A stretch of 63,389 nt of DNA, the filler included, from Sphacelaria rigidula (Eukaryota), in the NCBI GenBank assembly GCA_964200075.2. It is 3 parts of 3 records of this genome, joined end to end, with 100 filler letters (N's around TTAATTAATTAA, not from the genome) between each part and the next. Parts side by side here need not be neighbours in the genome. Positions count along the whole stretch, not along the records: positions 21,192 to 42,243 come from CAXNAA020000469.1; positions 42,344 to 63,389 come from CAXNAA020000470.1; 1 more part is not named here. One strand, given 5' to 3'. The stretch's first letter is position 1, and each line of letters starts with the position of its first letter. The position numbers and the translations under genes were made by a program. This document shows, piece after piece, positions 34,681 to 46,235 of this stretch. The notes beneath the pieces are model-generated. The model searched no databases and was not told the DNA's origin. It was given only the letters and a program-made list of their open reading frames with translations.

Positions 34681-37600
34681 TTACAAACCGACGCGAGTGT
34701 TAACCCTCCCCGTCGAAATCATGTGGTTGGCGTCGATTGCCGCTATCCTTTGAGGGCCAATAGATCCGTCTCCCTGTGGCCTGGCCAAATTCACTCGCCC
34801 GTTCACTACCAGCAGCGGGTTAGGCTCCTCTAGCACGTCTTGAGCAACACTGATTCCATCTAGGTACTGCTCATCGCACCAGAGGGCCAGGGACGCAGAA
34901 GCAAAGGGGTGGAAGGGGTAACAAAGTCCGAGTGCTTGGTCACTGAAAAAGAAACAAAATCTGCTAGAAAGTGGGGATCGATGACAAATATATCCGGCAT
35001 GCTTGATAGATCGGTAGGGTGGATGATGAGAGCCATGGCTCATTTCTATTCTGCAGTTTCAGACGGCAACAACTGAAGGCGGTGCATGTTATTGCTTCTT
35101 GGGGGAAAAAGAGAGCTCAGCTGCTCAAGGAGGCCGGCGTTACGTTCCAACATGACAGTCATCTGGAAACGATGTTGGAACTTTTGTTAATAGTCGAAAA
35201 TGTCGTTATCATGATCAATAACACGGGAACTTACAAATTGGGGATGGATCTTTTATTGGGGATGAGAATCCGGAGAATTAAAATCTTCGTATCCACACCT
35301 AATCTTCGAAGTATGTTTTCATTTTTTCACCTACTGATAGCTATTGACAACTGCTACACGCCATAGAAATTTGGATTTCGATCACCGAAATGTTGCGGTT
35401 CTAGGTGAAAAACCAATTTCGGAATCATTGTGGCATCCGTTTGGGCACTCAGAATTCCCAAAATGTTTTTTCACCTAGGACCCCAACATTTCGGTGATCG
35501 AGATCCTTGTATGGCGTGTAGTAGTTGTCAAAAGCTGTCAGTACGTGAAAATATGGAACAATATTTTGTAGAGCTCGGAAATGGTTTGTCTAACCATTCA
35601 CCAGTTGAATGGTTACGCGTAGCGCCCTCATTCACCAGTTGAATGGTACATGATGGTTTGGTCATCGAGCGGCGCAGCCGCGAGCCAAAAAGCCTCCCCG
35701 GTAGAGGGGACCCCGTCGGAGGCGCCCCCAGAGGGCCCCGCCGTGCGGGAGGCACGTTTTTACACGATTTGGCTTCACGAGAGCTAAAAGGTACGTTCAA
35801 TTTGGGGCAATTCTCAAGGGCTGTATGTAGCATACGTAGCCGGTAACGCTAAATAATGGCTTTAAACACTTATCCAAAATTTACATACAACCATTACTAT
35901 TATTACCATTATAATGTTAACGGCCAGTTATAACTGGTACCATTCCCGAGCTCTAATATTTCGAAGATTTGGTGTGGATACGAAGATTTCAATCCCCCGG
36001 GTTTCTCATCCCGAATAAAAGATCCATCCCCAATTTGTAAGATCCCGTGTTCAATGCCAACAGTTTCGGTTGGTTCACGTGAATGTTGTATTTCAGTGTG
36101 TACCATAGATCAAGAATGCTGGTACTAGTCGGTAATAATGTGGGTTTTTCCACGTGGCATGTAGTAGTGATGGTGCAGTAGTGATGAGAAGTTGGTAGCT
36201 ACCCGGCAAGTGTGGAGGCGCGTCTGTTCTGAGTGAGTCGCGGGTCCATGTATGTTTTGGGCCAGAAGCTTTGAGAGCTTACCCGGGTGTTTCCACCCAA
36301 TCGCTTCGCTTCCTTCTCATTACACGATTCGGTGAAAGCGTTCAACTAGTGATTGTAGAGAGTAGTAATACAGGACGAGAGATCCTGTACAGCTCGAAGT
36401 TCTTTCTTTTTTCTAGCCACCAGAGCTTCGGGGCATTATAGTAAATGTATCCCGGTCAGCTCGGTGGCTCAGTTGGTGATCTGGAATCCCTCCGGCGGTT
36501 GAGTCGTGGGTTCGAATATGGAATTTTTCTCACACACTGCTCAACAGTGGAGAGCGATCATGTCGTGGGTACACAAAATTCGACTTTACGGTCGACGAGG
36601 GAAAGGGACTGCTGAACCCCTCTCGCGATCAAGAATAAAGACAAGCACTGCAGAAGGAATGTGTAGTACTAAAAACAAAGAAAAAACAAAAAGTCCTGGG
36701 TGGGACTTGCTCCTGTGTGACCCCGGCTGGTGCGCCCACATATAACAGGGTTTTCGTGAGATTGAGAGTAGAGGATACGATTGAGTGCGAGAAGCGATCA
36801 ATTAGCGAATAAATCGCTTCAGTTCCTAAGTGACCCTCCACGAGGCCCGACACGATTGCTGTAGTGGCTTACCACCGAAGCCCTTGATATCCTCGAGTAG
36901 GATATAGACGTGTAGCTGTAAGCACACGCCAGTGACATGAGCAAAACAAAGCACGCGCAGAATGAAAACCTGTTCAAGCTACGCATAATAAAACCCACTC
37001 TCAATCAATGCTCTATCTCTCAATCTCACGAAAACGTTGTTATATATCGAAAGGTGTAGACCGACGTCCAGATTAAATGGGATGGCAACGCACAGTACAG
37101 CTGTACACGCCCAATCGAACTGTGCTAGTTTATGTTTTTCACATTTGTTTTTGAGCGCTGAGCACAGCCTTCGTGTAACTCAAGTCAACTATCTCGGTAG
37201 GGTGAAGGGTGAAGCCTAAGTCGGGTACACACAGCTCATCATCGAAATTGAGGATGGAGCTTTTCATCGAGGATGAGAACCCGTAGAATTAAAATCCTCG
37301 TATCCGCACCAAATCTTCCACATGTATGGTTCCATTCCTTCTCCTGCTGGTAGCTATTGATAACTGCTACACGCCCTGCAAATTCGGATTTCGATAACCG
37401 AAATGTTGGGGTTCTAGATTAAGAAATAATTTTGGGGAATTTAGGTGATCCGATCGGATCGCCGAATCCCCCGAAATTGGTTTCTCATCTAGGACTCAAA
37501 CATTTCGGTAGTCGAAATCCAAATTTGTAGGGCGTGTAGCAGTTATCAATAGCTACCAGTAGGTAAAGGAATGGAACCATAAATTTGGAAGATTCGGATT

Positions 37601-39303
37601 GGATACGAAGATTTTAATCCTCCGGGTTCTCATCTTCAATGAAAAGCTCCATCCTCAATGTCGATGATCGTCTGTTGAAAGTTGAGCTCATGATTCCCGA
37701 CTAACGAGTCGTAGGCACGCACGTGTTTTCAGCAGTTGCGACATTTGTGTATCCTATACTGATGCGATTTTGATATCTGGTGACGTATTTACTGATAACC
37801 ATCAAGAAGGGGAAAATAATTAGGAAGGTGTGTCGAAAGAATACTTGTAAGTACAGGTTATTTTCACGGCCCATCGTATTTTCCTTTTGTTCTGTCTTAC
37901 CTTGAATTCCTTCTGTGTTGACTTCGTGATACTTTTCGTACCTGACAACGGTGAAGGAGGCTTTCATGACACGTTGAGGGAATACTCAGTAATTCATGTG
38001 TCGCTGGACACACTGCGATATTTAACCGAAAACAAAATTATGTAGATAACGTCAGGTGAGATCAAACGAAAATAAGTACGTACTTGAAGCATCCGCCGGG
38101 AAGGGTCTGTCTGCCTGTTGAATAGACTGCATATCCGCATGTTGGGAAAATGACTTATCCGACATCGTGACCCCTATGCGGATGCTCGAACGCCTTATCT
38201 AGGAGTGTTCGTCCGCTCGACATGATGTTACAAGCGGATATTCACACTTGAAATACCTGGAAAATGACTGGATATGTTATGCAGAAAAAAAAAGGAAATT
38301 GCAACGCCGCATTGCATTAGATTTTTGCGTCGTATAGTGTCTTACCGGTCAAGGACGATTCCGATCAGAAAAAAAAAACGAAAGGAGAACGACTTTTTCG
38401 AATTGTAAAAAGTTCAATACAACAGGGCAGAAGGGAAGGGGGCGCGCGGGGGAGGGTTGCTAGAGTACATTATACCAACACAGAGATAATCAATCGAACA
38501 ACCGTTGCCGCCGCGCCCCGGTGGTGTAACGGCGCTACTGTCGCCGCTAGGATGGAGAGAACGAGGGTTCGATTCCCGACATGTTGGCCTTTTTTCTTCG
38601 TAGTATCTGATTTCCACCGTGGAGAGCGTGAAAACGGACTGAGTTTGTTTCACGTGAGTTGATGCGGTGCGGGAGTGCTGATTCCAGCCGCGAGACCAAA
38701 ATTCAAGGCGTGTACCGGGGAGAGATTGGTCGATCCCTTGAGACCACGGGCTCGTCCCGAGGAAGGGAAGGGGTGCAGAGTGCAACAAATAAAATAAAAT
38801 AAATATATAGAAATAAAACCAACAAATCAGACACTAGTGACCCGAATAATGATTTTCGAATTAGTTTTGAGTGAATGGTGATTTCATTTTCACGTTTGTT
38901 CTCAGCAGTGATCATAAGTTGTTGTCCCCCCACGTATGTCGTCCTGTGTTCCCTCCAGGTGAATGATCTATGTTGTGAATTTTTGTGAGGGTGTTCGAGG
39001 ACGCGCCTGGCGTCTGGCACACTACTCGGCGGGTAAAAAAAACTGGAGGATATCTTGCGCCAAGAATATAATATGTACTTGGACAGGAATAGAAGTACTA
39101 ATTCATGGTATCCTAACGTGAAAGCGTTAGTTTTCGTACACAAGACGGTACGGGGTAGGGAAAAATGCCAGTGATGATGGATGATGACAGAAAATCATTG
39201 ATTGTCAAAGGGAACTCGCCTGCTTCATGATGCCCTGCAGATCTCGATTCTCCGCCTGTAGCCGCTCCTGCTCGCGCTCTATCGCTAGTTTGTCCAGCAA
39301 TGC
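34681..39303 (-). CDS. DRC2: Dynein regulatory complex subunit 2 (CCDC65/FAP250), last two coding exons
   Basis: Exon 39303-39220 (ALLDKLAIEREQERLQAENRDLQGIMKQ) splices via a GC-AG intron to exon 34866-34681 (YLDGISVAQDVLEEPNPLLVVN...stop). The joined peptide matches the characteristic DRC2 C-terminal pattern LLDKLA..E..RL..EN..L..ILKQYLDGISV...L...NPLL.VN. Upstream exons were not located. Confidence 0.85.
35220..36050. mobile_element. Fold-back MITE with long TIRs (AACACGGGA...TCCCGTGTT), carrying a nested MITE
   Basis: Arms ~35220-35315 and ~35955-36050 are reverse complements; internal palindrome ~35350-35525; related to 37231-37675. Confidence 0.8.
35571..35953. mobile_element. Tc1/mariner-type MITE, TA TSD
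   Basis: TA|GAGCTCGGAAATGGT...ACCATTCCCGAGCTC|TA; inverted second copy at ~42411-42797. Confidence 0.8.
36463..36545 (+). mobile_element. tRNA-derived SINE-like head
   Basis: A box TGGCTCAGTTGG and B box GGTTCGAAT; no intact cloverleaf. Confidence 0.55.
36750..37035. mobile_element. MITE, TIR GTTTTCGTGAGATTGAGAG
   Basis: Terminal inverted repeats; relatives at ~42800-42965, ~43384-43640 and ~43691-44207. Confidence 0.85.
37231..37675. mobile_element. ~445-bp fully palindromic fold-back element
   Basis: Arms are reverse-complementary along their whole length around the central gatccgatcggatc (~37447-37460); partial copy at 42344-42405. Confidence 0.9.
38507..38597 (+). mobile_element. tRNA-like pseudogene or SINE head
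   Basis: GGTGGTGTAACGG A-box-like, GGTTCGATTCCC B box, imperfect acceptor stem gcc...ggc followed by a T run; anticodon arm irregular. Confidence 0.55.
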
Positions 39304-39331
39304 CTGTTCACAACGAATGGGCCCAGAGTGA

Positions 39332-39576
39332 TGCTACGGTAGGGGTGCACAAATATTTTCTGAGGTTGGAATTGTTAGCAGCCCTTTATCTCATGCAAAA
39401 CACGACCTATGAAAATATGTGGAGGTACGCTAGGATTACCACTCCAACGTGCAGGGGATATCCCGAATGAATTTGCAAACGGGAATGCCCTGACCCATAT
39501 TTTTGTGCATCCAGAAACGTTAGGAGCCCCTGGACTAGACATGACTTCGCGAAAAAAGTGCACCCCTACCGTAGCA
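39332..39576. mobile_element. MITE, TIR TGCTACGGTAGGGGTGCAC
   Basis: 19-bp perfect inverted termini; same family as 30894-31137. Confidence 0.88.
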
Positions 39577-40437
39577 GTGCTCCCCAGGAAGTGTGATTTG
39601 CTGACAGGAATGCAAGAAAGACAATGTAACAAAACACGTGATATTTGTGTATGCACGTGAAACGTTAAGATAAATGGGTGACGAGTCCGTTAGGGCTCTT
39701 ATGGGAATTTCCCTCAGATGGTGTTGTTCTGATATATATATATACACAGTATACAGTAGAAAAAAATAGAGGTACCGTCGCGTTTAGCCTGATGATAACT
39801 TGATGTTCTCACCTGTATTGTCATTGTGGTTCGTCAGAGAAAGCACTACTTTTGAGTTGAACCTCAATTCTTGTTCAACTGTGACAACCCCATTTTCGAG
39901 AATCCGCTGTTATTTGATGTTTTGTGCACGTGAATAATGCCATACTCCAGTTTGAATAAAAATCCCTATCCTCGGGGCGAAGCCGTGGTCTCACTGGATC
40001 GATTCATCTCTTTGTACAATATACTAATATGTGGCTATTGCCACATAAAAAGGGAAACATTCCCACAGTTATCCGCTAAGAAAATGAATTTTTCACATCG
40101 GCGACGCCATAACCCTGTACGCTTCATCATGGAACAGGAGGTTCGAGGGTTCAAATCCCGGCTCTCACCAAAAGCGATGAATAAAAAACACACAGTTATG
40201 CTGGCAACAAAGAGGCCGTAGAAATGGTGAAGGACATGAAAACTGGTGGATGACTAGCAAGCAGGGATCATATATCCACGTGAAAATCCTCTGTGGAGAT
40301 TGTTGGCTTGGCGACCCAACGCACGGAAAAGACGCGTGAAGAAAGGTGCGATAGTATCCTCACCCCTAGCCGGCGAAAACAACTTCACCTCTAGAATCCT
40401 CTTCTCGCCAAAAAACGTACGAAGATATCTATTAATG

Positions 40438-40540
40438 GGGAGGGGGGTGTACTCATGATCTTGCATGCCATAGTCATATGACCATTGGCCTCGCATCCCT
40501 ACAAAGCCGGGACGGAGCACGCCGGGTTTTCGCCGGACCA
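40438..40540 (+). repeat. Short dispersed GGG(T/C)GTACTCAT repeat family
   Basis: Copies or relatives at ~49108-49205, 56978-57013, 60613-60700, 62891-62980 (+) and ~60950-61020, 61040-61145 (-). Confidence 0.75.
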
Positions 40541-41420
40541 ATACGATCTCCTCTGCATCATGACTGGCTACCGTGACCGAATGAAGGAAATAGATCAGTC
40601 ATTGCCTGACGAGCGCTACGAAATTATCATTCTCCGACCCCTTCCTGTCGAGTGTGATAGGTTGTATGTTGCCAGTTGCGAGAAACGCTACTTCTATTTC
40701 GCGGACACTCGGCACATGGTCAGCACCATGTACGTCGACCATCTCTCCCGCCCGAACGACGCCAACTTGGTCGCAGGTCGCGGCGTTACTATGCAAGCCA
40801 GCGAGGGATGCGACAGTGGTTGACAGAGCGGCACCTCACGCTACTTCTGCAGAGAGCCAGACCATCTCCAGACAGACTGCCCTGCGTGGAAAAGTGACCC
40901 AAATCGCGAACTGGGGAGTCGACGAGGCGAAGGTGGCAGGCGGTAAACCACTGACTGTGGTGTTCGCTCCACGCGACGAGCAATCACAGCGGAGAGGGAT
41001 GACGTGTCCTTCAGCAACATAGAAATGAAAAGGCGAGCGCAAACCTCGCCAGCCAGGCTACTTTTTCAGCGGTCCTCGGTATAAGCAAGCCCCCTTCGGC
41101 CATCTCCCAACGCCGTGGGCACGCCGACGACGGACAATCCTACGAAAGCAGAGGATCTCTGGCCGTTCGCTACCACCAATGAGCCAATTGACTCGTTCGA
41201 CCGCAGCGGACTATACTGATCCTTCAGAGGAGTCAACGGCGAGGAGACTGGGGAGTTGGCTATTATAATCGAAGAAGGGCAAGCCGAGAGACTGGGACTT
41301 CGAGACCGAGGCAAAAGAATGCTGTTGGCGATCAGCGGGGCGCTGTCCGCATGAGCCCGTACATTGACGATAGTGACCGTAATACATTACGCCTGGCTGA
41401 CGTTCGGCAGCTCGTTGTAT
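40541..41420 (+). pseudogene. Ty1/Copia gag-region remnant
   Basis: IMTGYRDRMKEIDQSLPDERYEIIILRPLPVECDR resembles the Copia gag (UBN2/Retrotran_gag) helix motif; decayed zinc-knuckle region downstream; stops and frameshifts. Confidence 0.7.
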
Positions 41421-41908
41421 ATCCGACTATCGTCAAACAGTAATGCCAATAACCAGTCTGAAACTCTTGGTACCATCACCAACGCGGAGGATTGGTTTTG
41501 CTATTCGACATTACTCGGTGATACAACGAGCTGCCGAACGTCAGCCAGGCGTAATGTATTACGGTCACTATCGCCAATGTACGGGCTCATGCGGACAGCG
41601 CCCCGCTGATCGCTAACAGTATGATATTGCCTCGGCCTCGAAGTCCCAGTCTCTCGGCTTGCCCTTCTTCGATTATAATAGCCAACTCCCCAGTCTCCTC
41701 GCCGTTGACCCCTCTGAAGGATCAGTATAGCCCGCTGCGGTCGAACGCGTCAATTGGCTCATTGGTGGTAGCGAACGGCCAGAGATCCTCTGCTTTCGTA
41801 GGATTGTCCGTCGTCGGCGCTCCCACGGCGTTGGGAGATGGCCAAAGGGGGCTTGCTTATACCAAGGACCGCTGAATAAGTAGCCTGGCTGGCGAGGTTT
41901 GCGCTCGC
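41033..41908. repeat. Long inverted repeat, ~390-bp arms (41033-41420, 41521-41908), 100-bp spacer
   Basis: The same 80-aa ORF appears on opposite strands (41066-41314 and 41621-41875); few mismatches between arms. Confidence 0.95.
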
Positions 41909-42243
41909 TGCTTCAATGATAAAGGTCCACTTTTCAAGCAAAATATATTATGTGTGGTCCTTCCCGGCATGGCACATCAGTGATCTCCGGAGCCCCAAAC
42001 CTCTCCCAACTTTATCCATTCAAGATCCAAAGTCCGCTTGTGTGCGTGTGTGTGTTGCCCATTTATTCTGGGCGCCAGTCTGCACTTTTCGGTATATGTG
42101 GGCGCACCAGCCGGGGTCACACAGGAGGAAAATCAACACAGGAGCTTTTTATTTTTTGTTTGATTTTAGTACCCCACCTTCCTTCTGCGGGGCTTGCCTT
42201 TTTTTTATCGCGAGAGGGGTTCAGCAATCCCTTCCCCTCGTCG

Positions 42244-42343
42244 NNNNNNNNNNNNNNNNNNNNNNNNNNNNNNNNNNNNNNNNNNNNTTAATTAATTAAN
42301 NNNNNNNNNNNNNNNNNNNNNNNNNNNNNNNNNNNNNNNNNNN
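42244..42343. other. Assembly gap with artificial TTAATTAATTAA linker
   Basis: N run with linker. Confidence 0.98.
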
Positions 42344-42410
42344 TTAATCCTCCGGGTTCTCATCCTCAATCAAAAGCACCATCCTCAACATAGATGATTG
42401 GCTGTTTAAA

Positions 42411-42797
42411 GCTGGCCATTATCATTATAATGGTAATAATGCTCATGGTTACATGAAAAATTTGGATAATGATTTAAAGCCATTATTTACCGTTACCGGC
42501 TTTGTAAACCATCACCGGCTATGTATGCTACACCCAATCCTTGAATATTGGCCCAAATTTGATGTATTTCTTGGCTCTAGTAAAGCCAAATCGCGTATGA
42601 ACGTGCCTCCGGCAAGACGCCTTCAGCGGGGCCCTTCGGGGGCGCCTCCGCCGGGGTCCCCTCTGCCGGGGGAGGCTTTTTGGCTCGCGGCTGCGCCGCT
42701 CGATGACCAAACCATCATGTACCATTTAACTGGTTAATGAGTGCGCTACGCGTAACCATTCAACTGATTGGTGGTTGAGCAAACCATTTCCGAGCTC
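42411..42797. mobile_element. Second copy of the GAGCTCGGAAATGG MITE (left end damaged)
   Basis: Reverse complement of 35571-35925; ends CCATTTCCGAGCTC|TA. Confidence 0.8.
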
Positions 42798-45700
42798 TAG
42801 TTTTCTGTTGTAGCTTGACACTGAGGCCCTTGATATCCCTGAGTAGGATATTCACGTGTAGCTGTCAACACACGCCAGTGATGGAGGCAAAGAAAAGCAC
42901 ACGCGGAATGAAAAATTGGCCGAGTTGAAGCGAATGATACAAGCCACTCCCAATCTCACGAAAACGTTGTTTATATTCTCTTGTGTTCCCGTGTTTTTTC
43001 CGGCGAGTGATGCTAGGGTAGCCTACACAAACATTTTCCGAGGTTAGAATAATTGTGAGGAGCCCTTCATCTCATCCAAAATACCACTTGCAAAATATGA
43101 GTACGCCAGGATTACTCATCCAGTGTTCTAGGGATATCCCGAATGAATTTGCAAACGGGAATGCCCTCACCCATATTCTTGTGCATCTAGAATCACAAGG
43201 AGCCCCTGCACCAGACAGGATTTTGCGCAAAGCGTACACGCCTAAAATACCGTAGCATTGCTCCGGCCATCTTCATGTTTTTTCATGCCCCTCGTTTTTG
43301 CGGACGATGCATGGTGGCATGGCGGAAATAATTTCAAGTTGGTATGTTTCGGTGTGCGATCTCCTTGGGGGAAAAGTAAATATGTTTTCGTGAGATTGAG
43401 AGTAGAAGATATCATTGAGAGCAAAAAGCGGTCAATCAATGGATTAATAGTTGAAGTTCCGAAACGCCCCTCGACGAGGCCCGACAAGCTTTCCGTAGTA
43501 GCTCGCCTCTGAAGCCCTAGATATCACTGAGTAGGATATCGACGTGTAGCTGTAAGCACACGCCAATCTTACAGGCAAATTGGTGAAGCTAAGGCGAATG
43601 TCAACGCAAAATCTCAACTAACGCGCTCCTCTCAGTCTCAGCACAGCACTGTTGGGTGTGCTTTCTCGCGTACTACGTACTCATAATGAGGTTTTCGTAA
43701 GATTGGGAGTGCAGCTTACAACTGAAAATCAGCTTCTATTGAAACGACGCCCGTTTTCCTATGTTCCATTCATGGACCAAATAGTGACGAGAAAAAATCA
43801 GGAACGATCCGTTTAGTTGAACCAAGAATAGTAAGAAGGGGAATGAGCATATCGATCGTCCAAACATTCCTCTCATTAACCCGCTTCTGGAACGTTGTTA
43901 GCAAGGTCAGGATTACACATTCCAGACTTGATGACATACATGCATTCCAAAAATGTCCTTCCGATTAATACGTTGAATGCGAGTGTAGGGTATTGACTCG
44001 TTACGATGCCAAAGACTCATATATCTGAGTTTGTTTGCGTTCGGAATATGCATCCAACGATGAACTCACTGGAATATGAACCCTTTGATCGCCATGGTTA
44101 GTACTCAGGGTAACGCAGTAACTCGTCGAGTGAACGTGATGCCGATTCCACAAGGATCTGAAAAGCTGACTGTCAATCGAATGCAATATTCTCGATCTCA
44201 CGAAAACCTGGGATCATGCATTTGAGTTTCATCGTCCACTCTCTTTCACAACATATGTTATAGCACATGTTTTAACTCAACAGCCATGGGTGTTGTGTAA
44301 GTACACCGCTGCCAAGTGCCGTCCGCACTCCACCACCAAATGCGCGCAACATTGCACCATTCTTTTTTTATGTTCCTATTTGACCGCTGCAGCGTACCTG
44401 TGCATTTATCCTGCACATTTATGTGAGATACAGTAGCTACGACTCGAGTAGCTCCATATACATTAACTGACGGTGGATCGCCACGACACATCTGAGCACA
44501 CACACCGCACAAAGCACGAATATCGCGGCGAAATCCACCAAAAAGCACAAGCTCACGACAACCACAGGCCCATACTCAAAATCAGGTTAACACCAAACAT
44601 TGCGCATCATGTTCGCACTTGCGCTTGCCCCGAACAATAGTGCGATAGCCAAAGAAATAACAGCATGGGAAATAGGCCTGCAAAGACACCCTGACACAAG
44701 CCAGGACGATTCAAATACTCAATACTCCAAAACCCTGACTAGCACAGCGCTACTGAGACATATTGCCTGCCAGGTTGTGCAGCATCAAGTAATCCAGTAC
44801 AACCGAATTAGACCGAACGACCTTACGCACTTTGCACTTTTTCACCCGAACCGTGGGCCAACAAAGAAACTATCGTAGCCCCACGGCATCGAGATGGAAC
44901 AAAAAACAAGGGCGCACGCCTTGTTACTTCACGAGCACGATGGGAATTATTGACTCAGGTATCCGACAGACCAGACCATCCACAACAGCAGATCGGATAC
45001 TTCACGCATCAAATTTGCTCCGTCCAGTACAGATGAATCCCCACCCCCACCGCCACGACACCGAAACATCGAAACACATATTAGGAACAATTTCAAGACA
45101 TCGTGATGTGATTGCCACCTCTATATGAGCCGACCCGCTTACTCATGACCCGGGCTCGTCAACTCAGACCGTCATCCCCCGACCCTGTCATCCTCCAGTC
45201 CCCAGCCCGGGCTATGGACATGCTCCTCACCCTTGGTGTTGGCACCCAAAGTCCACATTTTGTCGGTCCATTCCTCGTCCCGAACCCGGCACCTGCAACA
45301 CTCACCAACTCCGAGTCCACGTGGCCCGCCCACACGCTCCGTAAACCCTACACCGAGTGATAAGATGTGACCTACACGCCCTTTGTCCTGGGTAAGATAG
45401 CCCGCACCCATCGTCCAGAAGTACTGCTTGTAACAACGGGAGACAATCTTTGGAACATGTCAACTACACCCGCATAAGTTGCCACGAAATAGATAACCGG
45501 GCTTGTTCTTCATCTACACTTGGCGAAGATACCTCGCTTGTGCTCGGCCTAGCACAGGTCACACATGTACTGTGTAATGCCCGACAGGGCGTTAATCAAT
45601 CCACGGCCGATTGGATCATGACAATTATCACAATAGGAAATACCTTGCGACCTTGCACGCGCGAAGCGTTGAATGCTTCGCGTTTTGTTCATGCACCAAT

Positions 45701-45948
45701 GCAGTGCAACTTGTACTGTTTAGTGTATGATAATATATATCCCACGCACGGTTTAGACAAGAGACTTTTTACTTATAGACAAGACTCGTACCCTAACGAC
45801 GAAATCTATCAATAACCAGCTTGCAAGTCACAATAGACAACTAAAGCACACACGGTGTTTCTAGACCACCTCATGTACTGCGTGCCCCAAGTAAGCATGG
45901 TCCTAAACAATCAAACAATCACAATCCTCAACCAGAGGAAAAGCTTCG

Positions 45949-46205
45949 ACACATCGGACAGATCATGATCTGCCTGAAACAACCAATCAAAGAAGACTCT
46001 TGGATCTGTTGGCCCAAAAACACGAAATATTTGATCCCGAGACCAGGAAAGCCAAAACGCGATCTTTGCGCTACTCGGCGTGCTCGTCGTCCGGCGCTGT
46101 AAGGAGCAAACATAGAACAGGGGGGCCACATGATCTGGACCGTGATCCGGATCAGCATACTGAGAACAAGTAATTTTGAGACGGATCACGATCTGTCCGA
46201 CGTGT
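45949..46205. mobile_element. MITE with TIR ACAC(A/G)TCGGACAGATC(A/G)TGATC, just downstream of the DOLK stop
   Basis: About 25-bp inverted termini, with internal GATC-rich subrepeats. Confidence 0.75.
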
Positions 46206-46235
46206 GCAAGCTTCCACTAGAGATAAGCTTGCACT

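Noticed and set aside
38507-38597. Functional tRNA gene
   Set aside because: A/B boxes are present but the anticodon arm and acceptor stem are imperfect; more likely a SINE or pseudogene. tRNAscan-SE would decide.
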